A stretch of DNA of 64,000 nt from Sulfurimonas sp. endosymbiont of Alviniconcha boucheti (GTDB taxonomy: Bacteria; Campylobacterota; Campylobacteria; Campylobacterales; Sulfurimonadaceae): positions 150,352-214,351 of the forward strand of contig JAICBP010000084.1 in the NCBI GenBank assembly GCA_021766785.1, in the 5' to 3' direction. Positions 36,080 through 46,747 of this stretch are shown here, piece after piece (the first letter of the stretch is position 1; each line of letters begins with the position of its first letter). A model generated the notes under the pieces. It made no database searches. It was not told the origin of the DNA and worked only from the letters and a program-made list of their open reading frames with translations. The position numbers and the translations under genes were made by a program.

Positions 36080-36740
36080 GAGACCATCGTATCTCTTGGC
36101 GTTTATGCTTTTTAAGATAAGCATTTGTCTGAGAAAAAGGCTTTGAACCGAAAAAACCTCTATATGATGAAAGAGGTGAAGGGTGTGGAGCTTTGAGAAT
36201 GAGATGTTTTGTCCCATCGATGAGTTGCTCTTTTTTCTGTGAAGAAGATCCCCAAAGAATAAAAACAATATTTTCAAATTTCTCTGAAAGTTTTTGAATC
36301 ACACTATCACTAAAAGTCTCCCAACCTCTGCCTTTATGAGAGTTCGGTTTAGCTTCTCTCACACTCAAGACACTATTTATAAGTAAAACACCCTCTTTTG
36401 CCCACTTCTCTAAATTGCCATCTATAGGCTCTGGACACTCAATATCTTCCACTAACTCTTTATAAATATTCTTAAGTGATGGAGGAATTTTTGTATGAGT
36501 AGCTACTGAAAAGGCAAGACCATGCCCTTGACCTTTTTTATGGTAGGGATCTTGTCCAAGTATAACTACCTTTACATCTTCTGGATTGACAGCTTCAAAA
36601 GCATAGAAAAGTTTCTCTCTAGGAGGAAATATAGTTTGAGTTTTATACTCATACTCAATAAACTTATCTAATTCTAAGAAATACTCTTTTTGAATCTCAT
36701 CTGCTAAATAAGAAGCCCATGATGGGGGAAGTGAAAGCAA
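36069..36740 (-). CDS. ung: uracil-DNA glycosylase
   Basis: VILGQDPYH, GQGHGLAFSV and HPSPLS motifs. Confidence 0.93.
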   Translation of the reverse strand: MLSLPPSWASYLADEIQKEYFLELDKFIEYEYKTQTIFPPREKLFYAFEAVNPEDVKVVILGQDPYHKKGQGHGLAFSVATHTKIPPSLKNIYKELVEDIECPEPIDGNLEKWAKEGVLLINSVLSVREAKPNSHKGRGWETFSDSVIQKLSEKFENIVFILWGSSSQKKEQLIDGTKHLILKAPHPSPLSSYRGFFGSKPFSQTNAYLKKHKRQEIRWSLRE

Positions 36741-36744
36741 AAGC

Positions 36745-37692
36745 TTAAGGTATCTCTACTGCTTCAAGTACTTTTTGGATAATCTCATCTGTTGTTACAC
36801 CTTCTGCCTCTGCTTCATATGTAAGTACAATACGGTGTCGCATCAACTCTTTAGCGATATAAGCAACATCAATAGGTGTCACAAAATCTTTGCCTCGCAT
36901 AAACGCCATTGCTTTTACAGCTTTAAACATATCTATACTCACACGAGGACTTGCTCCAAACTGGATAAACTCTTCTATCTCACTAAGTCCATACTCACTA
37001 GGATTTCTTGTCGCATTTACAAGCTCTATCATATACTCTTCTACTTCAGCATCTACATGAATATTTGCTATGTCTCTTTTTAATTCTAAAATATCAGCTT
37101 CACCAAGAACAGCATTTATCTCTTCAAATTTACCACTAGATATTCTTCTGGCTATCTCTAACTCTTCTGTTTTTGTATTGTAATCTACAATGAGTTTGAG
37201 CATAAAACGATCAAGTTGAGCTTCAGGAAGTTGGTAAACACCCTCTTGCTCGACTGGATTTTGTGTCGCCATTACAAAAAATGGAAGATCAAGTTTAAAA
37301 GTGGTGTCACCAAGTGTCACCTGCTTCTCCTGCATTACTTCAAGAAGAGCTGATTGTACTTTTGCTGGAGCACGATTTATCTCATCTGCTAGTAAAAGAT
37401 TAGTAAAAATAGGACCTTTTTTTATCTTAAATTGATTATTTTGAGGATCATAAATCTCTGCACCTAAAATATCTGAAGGGAGAAGATCAGGAGTAAACTG
37501 TGCACGTTTAAAGTTAAGACCTAGAGCCTTTGAAAGAGCATTGACAGTAGTAGTTTTAGCAAGTCCTGGTACACCCTCTATAAGGATATGACCCTCACAC
37601 AAAAGTGCAATAAGAAGAGAGTCTATCATCTTCTCTTGACCAACAACAACCTTAGCAACTTCTTTTTTAACTTCTTGCATTTTATTTATCAT
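36745..37692 (-). CDS. MoxR-family AAA+ ATPase
   Basis: VVGQEKMIDSLLIALLCEGHILIEGVPGLAKT, LLADEINRA. 315 aa. Confidence 0.9.
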   Translation of the reverse strand: MINKMQEVKKEVAKVVVGQEKMIDSLLIALLCEGHILIEGVPGLAKTTTVNALSKALGLNFKRAQFTPDLLPSDILGAEIYDPQNNQFKIKKGPIFTNLLLADEINRAPAKVQSALLEVMQEKQVTLGDTTFKLDLPFFVMATQNPVEQEGVYQLPEAQLDRFMLKLIVDYNTKTEELEIARRISSGKFEEINAVLGEADILELKRDIANIHVDAEVEEYMIELVNATRNPSEYGLSEIEEFIQFGASPRVSIDMFKAVKAMAFMRGKDFVTPIDVAYIAKELMRHRIVLTYEAEAEGVTTDEIIQKVLEAVEIP

Positions 37693-37761
37693 GATTTACA
37701 CAACCTTATATGATTTTATGTTGTGCAAGTATAGAACTTTGGGGTAAATAGAGATTAAATA

Positions 37762-38772
37762 TTACTCTACGTCTAAATCTATTCCAAGGAGACTTTTTAT
37801 ACCTTGAGCATTAATATCTTGTTCAAAATGGATTGTCGCAGATTTATATGCACTTGCCATTGAACCATTATATCTCTCCTTAACAATAATACTGTTCCCA
37901 CCAATACGAGTAATGCCATCAAAAACACTCATATCAATAGTAAAAATAACAATCTCTATATCTCCTTTGTGAAGATCTCTCTTTACCTTTACAGAAAGAA
38001 CGATAGCACCACTATTACTTGAGACAATGTTAAAATGCTTCTGTGCAAGAAAATTCGCTATCCTCTTGGCAAAAGGTTCTGACATAGAATCACTTTTTAT
38101 ATAAAACTTCAACTTATTAGCTTCACTAAGATAAGACTTTTCCATTTCACGAATAAATTTATCATTTGTAGCTTTATTGAAATTTTTATCTAAAAGAGAG
38201 ATAATACTTACCGTAGTTGCAAGCTTTTTTGCCTCTCTTGCAAGAGATTTTTTGACGTTATATCGTGTTAATGCATCACGAGATGCTACACTAAAAAACC
38301 TCTCTTTTATGCTCTCTTTATCACTTTTAAGTTTAGTTTTTAGTCCAGCAATAAACTTTGATTTATCACTCTCAACCATCACTGCAAACTCTTTGTAACT
38401 TATTCTATAAGACTTAATAACCTTGTAGTTACTGATTTTTATATCTGATACAGATGATTTAATATCACTTGTAAACACAGAACTATGAGAATAATTTGTA
38501 ACTTTCTCTTTACTTTGAAAAGAGGATTTCAATGTAACACTTAAGCGAGAGACCATATCATTTAAAGCTACCTTAATCGCATCTTCTCTATTTTTACCAA
38601 TCCCAAGACCATACATTTTGGTTGGAGTATCATCAGGGAGAATAGCATAAACCCACGCTGGAGGAGAGACAACTTTCTTTGGTGATGTAGGTGTTGATCC
38701 ACATGCACTAAAAAAGAGAAGAGATACAGTAAGTATATTATATTTTAAAATATTTTGGAGCTTATCTAGCAT
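37762..38772 (-). CDS. lipoprotein, LPP20-like N-terminal domain
   Basis: Lipobox LFFSAC. A GLGIGKNREDAIKVALNDMVSRLSV-type LPP20/FlgP-like segment. Assignment tentative. Confidence 0.5.
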   Translation of the reverse strand: MLDKLQNILKYNILTVSLLFFSACGSTPTSPKKVVSPPAWVYAILPDDTPTKMYGLGIGKNREDAIKVALNDMVSRLSVTLKSSFQSKEKVTNYSHSSVFTSDIKSSVSDIKISNYKVIKSYRISYKEFAVMVESDKSKFIAGLKTKLKSDKESIKERFFSVASRDALTRYNVKKSLAREAKKLATTVSIISLLDKNFNKATNDKFIREMEKSYLSEANKLKFYIKSDSMSEPFAKRIANFLAQKHFNIVSSNSGAIVLSVKVKRDLHKGDIEIVIFTIDMSVFDGITRIGGNSIIVKERYNGSMASAYKSATIHFEQDINAQGIKSLLGIDLDVE

Positions 38773-39787
38773 TTATCTGCTTTCTAGCTTCATCTCTGTT
38801 AGCAATAAGAGAATCAATACGATTTATTGCCAAATTAATCTCTTCAACTGGCTCAATTGTATCATCATCTGCTATTGTATACATCTCTTTTGCTTTATCA
38901 AAATCACCTGTAGCTTCATATACGACACCATAAACATATGCAACAACATAACTTTTTCCATCAAATTCATCCATAAGAGAACCTAAAAGTTTCTTAGCTT
39001 TTTCATAACGCGCAACTTTAATGTACGCTAATGCAGCTTCAAATTTTTTATTTTGCACAGCAGTTACTCTCTCTAACTCAATACTATTTAAAAGTGTTAC
39101 ATCAAAATAGGTATAATTTGGTGTAAGTTTATAAACAAACTCATCTGCAATTTTTGCTGCTAACTTATTAAGAGCTTGATATCGTGAGAGGATATTTCCA
39201 TGAGAGTGACATGAATCAGCACTATAATCTTTAACAACGGTATCACCATAAATTATAGTTGTATTTTCAACATCAATAATATTTATATTTGCAGATACTG
39301 AAGCCTTTGTAGTTCTACAAGTAACCTTATAGTATCTATACTTAGAACATTCAAGACCATCTTTAGTTTTAGTATATTTAAGGCACTTCTCTTTATCTAC
39401 TTTATACGAACCACTCACGGCATTAGAAGTAACCTCACCACTAATAATAGCTTGAGCCCCTATAACTTTACCAACTTTAGTTGCAGTTTTTTCATCCATC
39501 ATTTCAGAAGACTGAAGCTTTTGTTCGGCAATTATTTTATCCATATTTTTTCTGCTTAGTACTGTAAAATAATGTTTTTTATCAAGCTTCTGCTTTGCTA
39601 CCTCTGCTTCAATTTTTCCTGATAAACCAATATGGTCATTTTTGAACTCACTCACTGCAATTTTTTTCTTAGATGCCAATGCACCTACTTCAGCAGGATT
39701 TAGTGCCTTTATCCTCACTTTTTGTGCACAACCCGATACAAATATAGAAGCTACTACTATCAAACCCACTTTTATAAAACTATTCAA
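38762..39787 (-). CDS. lipoprotein with a CsgG/LpoB-like N-domain and a TPR-like C-terminus
   Basis: Lipobox FVSGC. KIAVSEF...TVLSRKNMDKIIAEQKLQSS...GAQAIISGEV pattern. Helical repeats at the C-terminus. Confidence 0.5.
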   Translation of the reverse strand: MNSFIKVGLIVVASIFVSGCAQKVRIKALNPAEVGALASKKKIAVSEFKNDHIGLSGKIEAEVAKQKLDKKHYFTVLSRKNMDKIIAEQKLQSSEMMDEKTATKVGKVIGAQAIISGEVTSNAVSGSYKVDKEKCLKYTKTKDGLECSKYRYYKVTCRTTKASVSANINIIDVENTTIIYGDTVVKDYSADSCHSHGNILSRYQALNKLAAKIADEFVYKLTPNYTYFDVTLLNSIELERVTAVQNKKFEAALAYIKVARYEKAKKLLGSLMDEFDGKSYVVAYVYGVVYEATGDFDKAKEMYTIADDDTIEPVEEINLAINRIDSLIANRDEARKQINAR

Positions 39788-39918
39788 AGAAGTCCTTTAT
39801 CTTAAAATGCAGTAGTGATTATACAAAATGAATTATTAATACTCACTGTTACATAGTTATTCTACAAAATTATTTTTTTCTACATCAAAATAAATTTAAC
39901 AATTTACTTATAATTTTC

Positions 39919-39947
39919 TTGACATCCAAAGTATTTTTATCTATAAT
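39919..39947 (+). promoter_or_regulatory. consensus sigma-70 promoter of the tRNA operon
   Basis: TTGACA, 17-nt spacer, TATAAT. About 30 nt upstream of tRNA-Lys. Confidence 0.75.
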
Positions 39948-39977
39948 TTCGACCTCTTAACACATAAAAGATAAAAT

Positions 39978-40053
39978 GTCTTGTTAGCTCAGCTGGTAGA
40001 GCACGTCACTTTTAATGATGTGGCCGATGGTTCGAATCCATCACAGGACACCA
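39978..40053 (+). tRNA. tRNA-Lys (UUU)
   Basis: Hand-folded cloverleaf. Acceptor gtcttgt/acaggac, anticodon loop CTTTTAA, TTCGAAT T-loop, encoded CCA. Confidence 0.9.
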
Positions 40054-40066
40054 AACAATATTAAGT

Positions 40067-40141
40067 GGCCCCGTCGTCTAGCGGTTAGGATCCATGGTTT
40101 TCATCCATGTTACAGGAGTTCAATTCTCCTCGGGGTCACCA
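40067..40141 (+). tRNA. tRNA-Glu (UUC)
   Basis: Acceptor ggccccg/cggggtc, anticodon loop TTTTCAT, encoded CCA. D-arm resembles E. coli tRNA-Glu. Confidence 0.88.
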
Positions 40142-40281
40142 CTTACTTTTTCAAATATCTAATGACTTCCTCACATTTAAGAGTATCAAATCTTAACTAT
40201 TTGTTTTCTTTATAATGCACTTTGCTGAAGTTAAACAAATATAAAGCTTTAGATAGTTATAATTCCACCCTCTTGAAATAT

Positions 40282-40358
40282 GTCACGGTAGCTCAGCTGG
40301 TTAGAGCACTGGTCTCATAAGCCGGGGGTCGGGGGTTCAAGTCCCCCTCTTGACACCA
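40282..40358 (+). tRNA. tRNA with CAU anticodon (elongator Met by overall similarity; Ile2/lysidine type not excluded)
   Basis: Anticodon loop CTCATAA, T-arm ggggg/ccccc, encoded CCA. One C-U mismatch in the acceptor stem in my fold. Confidence 0.8.
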
Positions 40359-40389
40359 TCTATTTTAAGAAAACTTCTTAATGAAATGT

Positions 40390-40464
40390 TCCGGATTAGC
40401 TCAGTGGTAGAGTAGATGACTGTTAATCATTTGGTCGCTGGTTCGAATCCAGCATCCGGAGCCA
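40390..40464 (+). tRNA. tRNA-Asn (GUU)
   Basis: Acceptor tccggat/atccgga, anticodon loop CTGTTAA, encoded CCA. Confidence 0.9.
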
Positions 40465-40671
40465 CTTAATAACCCCCCCCCTAAGATACAAGCTTTCAAA
40501 CACTTCGCCCATTCAACCAATAAATGTAATTTCCACCTAACCCCTTCTTCACTTACTTCTAAGAAAATTGCATTTATGATTTGAACTTAGGAAAGTTGAG
40601 CTGAGAATTTAGCCCAGTTTATGGGGTTTTTGGACTAAGTTCACAGTCTCGAGGTTTTGTTGGCATTTTCA

Positions 40672-40902
40672 TTATGCTGCTATCGCATACTTTCTAATAT
40701 CAACTTCTACACCATTTTTTACAATAGTTCTTGCTTTATTTAGCAACTCTTTTGTTGTAGACTCATCAATATATTTTTCTCCACAATTATCACAGATATG
40801 AGCTGGTACTTCTTTAAAAATAACGGTAGAGCTACCTTTTTCTAAAGTAACTGTTGTTGTGCCTTTTTTGGTTTCTCCGTGTTTACAAATCATACATTTC
40901 AT
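40672..40902 (-). CDS. YgiT/MqsA-type zinc-finger antitoxin (short form)
   Basis: CMIC...CDNC zinc ribbon and the KGTTTVTLEKGSSTVIFKEVPAHIC pattern. 4-nt overlap with the upstream toxin gene. Confidence 0.75.
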   Translation of the reverse strand: MKCMICKHGETKKGTTTVTLEKGSSTVIFKEVPAHICDNCGEKYIDESTTKELLNKARTIVKNGVEVDIRKYAIAA

Positions 40903-41174
40903 TTTTCAATCCTTGTTTTGTAGTCTTCACTCCATTTATCTTTATTTGGATAATATGCAGTTATAATTATAACCTCATTATCTTCATCATTTTTTGCAAA
41001 AACAACATGAAGAGGTTTGTTTTTTAAACTTAATGCTAAGAATGATGGGTATGGTTTATCATCAATGTATTCTTCTATAATAATACCACTTTCAATAGTT
41101 TGTTCAACATTCTCTTCAAATATATCTCTTTCAAACATCCTTTGAATTGCATGTTCTCTATATATAAAAGTCAA
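40899..41174 (-). CDS. DUF4258-like toxin
   Basis: 91 aa. REHAIQRMFERDI..., PLHVVFAKNDEDNEVIIITAYYP is typical of the DUF4258 family. TTG start with a GAGGGG SD and a TGaTATAAT promoter upstream. Confidence 0.65.
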   Translation of the reverse strand: MTFIYREHAIQRMFERDIFEENVEQTIESGIIIEEYIDDKPYPSFLALSLKNKPLHVVFAKNDEDNEVIIITAYYPNKDKWSEDYKTRIEK

Positions 41175-41293
41175 AATAGCCCCTCTTTATCTTATAGTGC
41201 TACATTATATCAAAAATTTACTCTTTAATATCTTCTAATTTTTTATAGGACTATCATTTTTAATCATAAACACTACTTTTTTACAACTACTAT

Positions 41294-41524
41294 TTATGGC
41301 TTGAGAGCTAAATCTGTTGCTAACCATTGATTATCTTCTGGTGTGCTTTCAAATCTATTTGAGGTATCAGTTATCTAAGTTGTTACACTGTTTTGATTGA
41401 TAAATTCTAAGCTATATTGTAATGGTTCTCTATAATCTTTAAATTCACAATACTTTTTCCAAGTACAAAGTAGTGCATTTATGTTTTGCAAATATTCTAC
41501 TTTGCAAAATTCGCTCTCAAACAT
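41294..41524 (-). pseudogene. frameshifted small conserved hypothetical gene
   Basis: MFESEFCKVEYLQNINALLCTWKKYCEFKDYREPLQYSLEFINQNSVTT* continues in another frame as ITDTSNRFESTPEDNQWLATDLALKP*. Confidence 0.4.
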
Positions 41525-41802
41525 TGTTTTCCTTAATAATGTTACTTTAGATGCTAACTATTAGTTAATCAACATTTTAGCACCAACCATATTATATTAT
41601 GCGGTCACTATGATTATTAACATAGTTCATAAAATCGCTAATATAATCATCTTGAACTTGAATTGCTATATTTTGCATAACATACTCCAATATTTAATTA
41701 GGTGCATTATAGCAAAAATTTACTAAATCTTATTTGTCACTTTTCAATATGCTGTTTGAAATAAAAACTTCTTTTAGTTTTGCAAGCTTTTTTATTATGT
41801 CT

Positions 41803-42084
41803 TTATGTCTTTTCATGTGTAAATCTATATTCTAAATGTTTACATAAACCATCTATATCTGGGAATATCATTGAATTATTTATACCTAGGATATTTAAAT
41901 CTTCTTTGATATCGCTAAAGTGTTCTGGCTTAATAATAATTTTAATTAATTTATTTTCATTAAAGGCAATAAATTTATTATCTCCATTTATTTTATGAAT
42001 AGAAAATACTCCATTTTGATTAGTGTGGGTTCCTGCCAACTGTTGTATGTAGCATAGCGGAATACGACAATTGGTGGGGAGCAC
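41803..42084 (-). pseudogene. C-terminal remnant of an FRG-domain-like protein
   Basis: NQNGVFSIH and the terminal MIFPDIDGLCKHLE resemble the C-terminal part of FRG-domain proteins. The N-terminal half is absent and the apparent GTG start lies inside a GC-rich hairpin. Confidence 0.35.
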
Positions 42085-42394
42085 GTTTAGTGTTCAGCCC
42101 CACCGTTTATTAACAAATATTATATACCATAGACCTTAAATATCATTTAATAACAAAGATAATAAATAAATGTTATTTATCAAATACTACAAATGCACTT
42201 GAAGGTAGAGTGTTCTCGTACATGAAAAATATAATTAATTTGCATTGCAGATTGAGTAAAAGTTTGAAGCTGAATTTTCAAACCCACATTTTTTTTAATT
42301 AAGTCACAATAACAAATCCTCCTTTTACCAACTGTTAAATTTATTACATTAGAATTGCATTTGTAAAAAAAATATCACAAAAAAAGGATGGTCA

Positions 42395-42655
42395 ATGAAT
42401 TTTCAACCACTTGGAAACAGAGTTTTAGTCAAGCGTGTAGAAGAAGCTACAACAACTATGTCAGGGATCATTATTCCAGATAATGCAAAAGAGAAACCCT
42501 CTCGTGGGGAAGTAGTTGCAGTAAGTAAAGAAGTAGAAATACTAACAAAAGGAGATCAAGTTCTTTTTGGTAAGTATGCTGGTAATGAAGTTTCATTTGA
42601 TGATACTGTTTACATAGTACTTGATGTTGATGATGTCTTTGGAATTATCAACTAA
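42395..42655 (+). CDS. groES: co-chaperonin GroES
   Basis: [17 protein letters not shown]...SGIIIPD. Confidence 0.96.
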   Translation: MNFQPLGNRVLVKRVEEATTTMSGIIIPDNAKEKPSRGEVVAVSKEVEILTKGDQVLFGKYAGNEVSFDDTVYIVLDVDDVFGIIN

Positions 42656-42722
42656 ATTACCACTCTTGTTCCACCTCAGAAGAGGTGAAAATAGTAAATA
42701 TAAATAGATATAATCAAAATAA

Positions 42723-44369
<1,647 letters not shown>

Positions 44370-44376
44370 TAAAAGC

Positions 44377-44403
44377 TTTAAGAGCCATTTATGTGCTCTT
44401 GAA
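44377..44403. terminator. hairpin between convergent groEL and exbD
   Basis: Stem tttaagagc/gctcttgaa (one G-U pair) with a 9-nt loop. T-rich on the minus-strand side. Confidence 0.45.
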
Positions 44404-44422
44404 GCAAAAAATAGAAATGCCT

Positions 44423-44815
44423 TTACTGCTTTGTTACGATATAAAGCTGTTGATGATCTAAATGTTTGAGTATATTCATAACATTTACAAAATTTTGAAA
44501 ACGAGACTCTTTGTCACTTTTTAAAATAACAGTCCTCTTTTTTGAAATACTAGATAACTCTTTTTCTAATCTCCCTAGATCCACTTTCTCTTTCTCAAAA
44601 AATATCTCACCTTTGGCGTTTATATAGATTGTGACCTCTTTTTGTCTATCCTTTTTATCTGCTGTCTCTGCATTTGGAAGATCAATAGGAATTACTCCCT
44701 GCTTAATAAAAGTCGCCGTTGTAAGAACCATGACAAGCAGCACAAGCATAATATCTATAAATGGAATAACATTTATAGAATCAAATTTTTTATGACTTTT
44801 TTTATATTTTGCCAT
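44423..44815 (-). CDS. exbD: biopolymer transport protein ExbD/TolR
   Basis: 130 aa. INVIPFIDIMLVLLVMVL TM helix followed by a periplasmic domain. Confidence 0.85.
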   Translation of the reverse strand: MAKYKKSHKKFDSINVIPFIDIMLVLLVMVLTTATFIKQGVIPIDLPNAETADKKDRQKEVTIYINAKGEIFFEKEKVDLGRLEKELSSISKKRTVILKSDKESRFQNFVNVMNILKHLDHQQLYIVTKQ

Positions 44816-45267
44816 TACTTCACTTTTTCCTCTTGCTCTACATCAAATTTTGTCAAAATCCTCTCAACTTTACGAAGAGCTATAGTGTAAGCAACAATAG
44901 CTGGAATAGCTACTACAAGCCCCATAGCAGTTGCTTTAAGTGCAAGAGCTAGTCCTACCATAATCCTCTTTGCATCTACTGCATCCACATCACCCATAGT
45001 AAAAAAAGTAATCATAATTCCCATTACCGTTCCAAGTAGTCCCACATAAGGAGCATTTGTTCCTATAGCACTAAGTACTCCTATATTATCTGTAAGATCA
45101 AGATCGAGACTATCTCTATGCTTATAATCCTCTGTTCGCACACTTTTATAAAACATCATACGCTCTATAAAAAGCCAAAGCGTCACGATACTCATCAAGA
45201 TAAGCACTCCCATAACACCATAATCCAAAATATCTTCTGCATAATTTAATATATTTACCGCTTCCAT
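44815..45267 (-). CDS. exbB: MotA/TolQ/ExbB proton channel protein (short ExbB type)
   Basis: 150 aa. APYVGLLGTVMGIM motif. Confidence 0.85.
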   Translation of the reverse strand: MEAVNILNYAEDILDYGVMGVLILMSIVTLWLFIERMMFYKSVRTEDYKHRDSLDLDLTDNIGVLSAIGTNAPYVGLLGTVMGIMITFFTMGDVDAVDAKRIMVGLALALKATAMGLVVAIPAIVAYTIALRKVERILTKFDVEQEEKVK

Positions 45268-46104
45268 TTAACTTCCTAATTTTTTAAATTGTAATTCTAC
45301 TTTTGTTCCTCGACTTAGTGCAGAGTCAAAGTTAAGTAGTATTCTATTTTTGTCACAAAATCTCTTTACCATACATAAACCTATACCAAATCCTTGCATA
45401 GTACTATTTGACTGATAATAGGCATCAAATATATGTAGAAGTTCTACTTCATCCATACCTATTCCAAAATCTTCTATAGCTAATCTATTCTCATGGAGTG
45501 TAATTTTTATTTTTGACGATTTATCAGAGTATTTTACCCCATTATCAACAATATTGTCAATTACTTTACTCACTCCTGTTCTATCACTTAGTACTACTAA
45601 CTCATCTACATGAAGTTCAAACGCCATCTGTGGATAGAGTCTCCTAAAAAATGCCACTCTCTCCTCTACAAGATCTTTGAGTGAAAACTCTTCATCTATA
45701 TCTTCACGACTCTGCATTTTTATCATATACTCAAGTTCATTATATCTTTGTTCAAGCATACTACAAGCACTCTCTATACGGTTTAGCCTCTTTTTACTCT
45801 TTGTATCATTCAAGTTTTTTTGCAGCATCTGAGTATTTATTTTTATGGTACTTACAGGAAGATTTAGTTCGTGTAGTGTCTCATTTGAGAGATCTTGTAG
45901 ATTTTGTACATACTCCTGAAGTGGATCGACTGCAAGTTTTGAGATAAGAACGCCAGAGAGAATGATAAAACAAAAAAATACTACTGCCAAAATAGAGATA
46001 CTCTCTACTGAAGTAAAAAAGAGAAAGTAGTAAACTCCAACGATAAAAAAGAGCACTGTAACAAAGTAGTAGATAAATATATTAATCCGAAGGCTAGCAA
46101 ACAA
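45268..46104 (-). CDS. sensor histidine kinase with a minimal (intramembrane) input domain
   Basis: Two closely spaced TM helices, H-box LHELNLPVSTI, N/G boxes DNIVDNGVKYS and EDFGIGM...GFGIGL. Confidence 0.85.
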   Translation of the reverse strand: MFASLRINIFIYYFVTVLFFIVGVYYFLFFTSVESISILAVVFFCFIILSGVLISKLAVDPLQEYVQNLQDLSNETLHELNLPVSTIKINTQMLQKNLNDTKSKKRLNRIESACSMLEQRYNELEYMIKMQSREDIDEEFSLKDLVEERVAFFRRLYPQMAFELHVDELVVLSDRTGVSKVIDNIVDNGVKYSDKSSKIKITLHENRLAIEDFGIGMDEVELLHIFDAYYQSNSTMQGFGIGLCMVKRFCDKNRILLNFDSALSRGTKVELQFKKLGS

Positions 46105-46747
46105 GTCTATACCCTACCGCTCTTATATTCTCTATCTGTACTTCTGGAAGTAACTGTTTCAGACGGTTCACATAAACACGAATAGCACCATCACTCCCAC
46201 CCTCCTCTGCACTCCAAAGTTCATCTAAAATAAGCTCTTTAGGTACAATCTCATTAATATGACTAAGAAAAAGTTGTAAAAATATATACTCTTTGTTAGA
46301 AAGTTCTAATAAAGTTCCATCATAGTAGATACTTTTATGCTCTTCATCTAATTTAAATTTTCCAATCTCTCTTGGTAGCTCCTTTTTCGTCCGTTTTAGT
46401 AGTGCTTGTAAACGCCAAAGAAGTTCATCATTGTCAAAAGGTTTTGTGATATAGTCATCTCCACCACTTGCAAAACCTCTTGATAAACTCTCTTTATCTT
46501 TATGAGAAGTCAAAAAAATAGCAGGAGTAGTATCTCCTGCTCCACGTAAATCATCTAGTAAGGAAAGTCCATCTATAAGGGGAACATTTATATCAAGGAG
46601 ATAGAGATCAAACTTCTCTTTGTAACTTGCATCGAGTGCATTAGAGCCATTAGTAAAATAAGAGACCGTGTATCCCTCATCTTCTAAAAGATCGACTATT
46701 GTCTCCCCTAAGAGTATATCATCCTCTAGTAGTAGTAATTTAGTCAA
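46094..46747 (-). CDS. OmpR-family response regulator
   Basis: Probable TTG start at 46747 ((M)TKLLLLEDD), 8-nt overlap with pyrC. Receiver domain plus winged-helix (GAIRVYVNRLKQLL...VGYRL). Confidence 0.85.
   Translation of the reverse strand: MTKLLLLEDDILLGETIVDLLEDEGYTVSYFTNGSNALDASYKEKFDLYLLDINVPLIDGLSLLDDLRGAGDTTPAIFLTSHKDKESLSRGFASGGDDYITKPFDNDELLWRLQALLKRTKKELPREIGKFKLDEEHKSIYYDGTLLELSNKEYIFLQLFLSHINEIVPKELILDELWSAEEGGSDGAIRVYVNRLKQLLPEVQIENIRAVGYRLVC

Noticed and set aside
42190-42216. CIRCE-like element (tgcacttgaaggtagagtgtt) upstream of groES
   Set aside because: The half-sites resemble TTAGCACTC/GAGTGCTAA only partially, and the spacer is about 7 nt instead of 9. It lies about 180 nt upstream of the start. 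Not enough to call an HrcA operator.
40500-42330. Idea that the co-oriented small genes behind the tRNAs form an integron cassette array
   Set aside because: There is no intI-like gene, and I could find no attC-type imperfect palindromes with RYYYAAC/GTTRRRY ends between the ORFs. The shared sequence between units is simply an extended -10 promoter.
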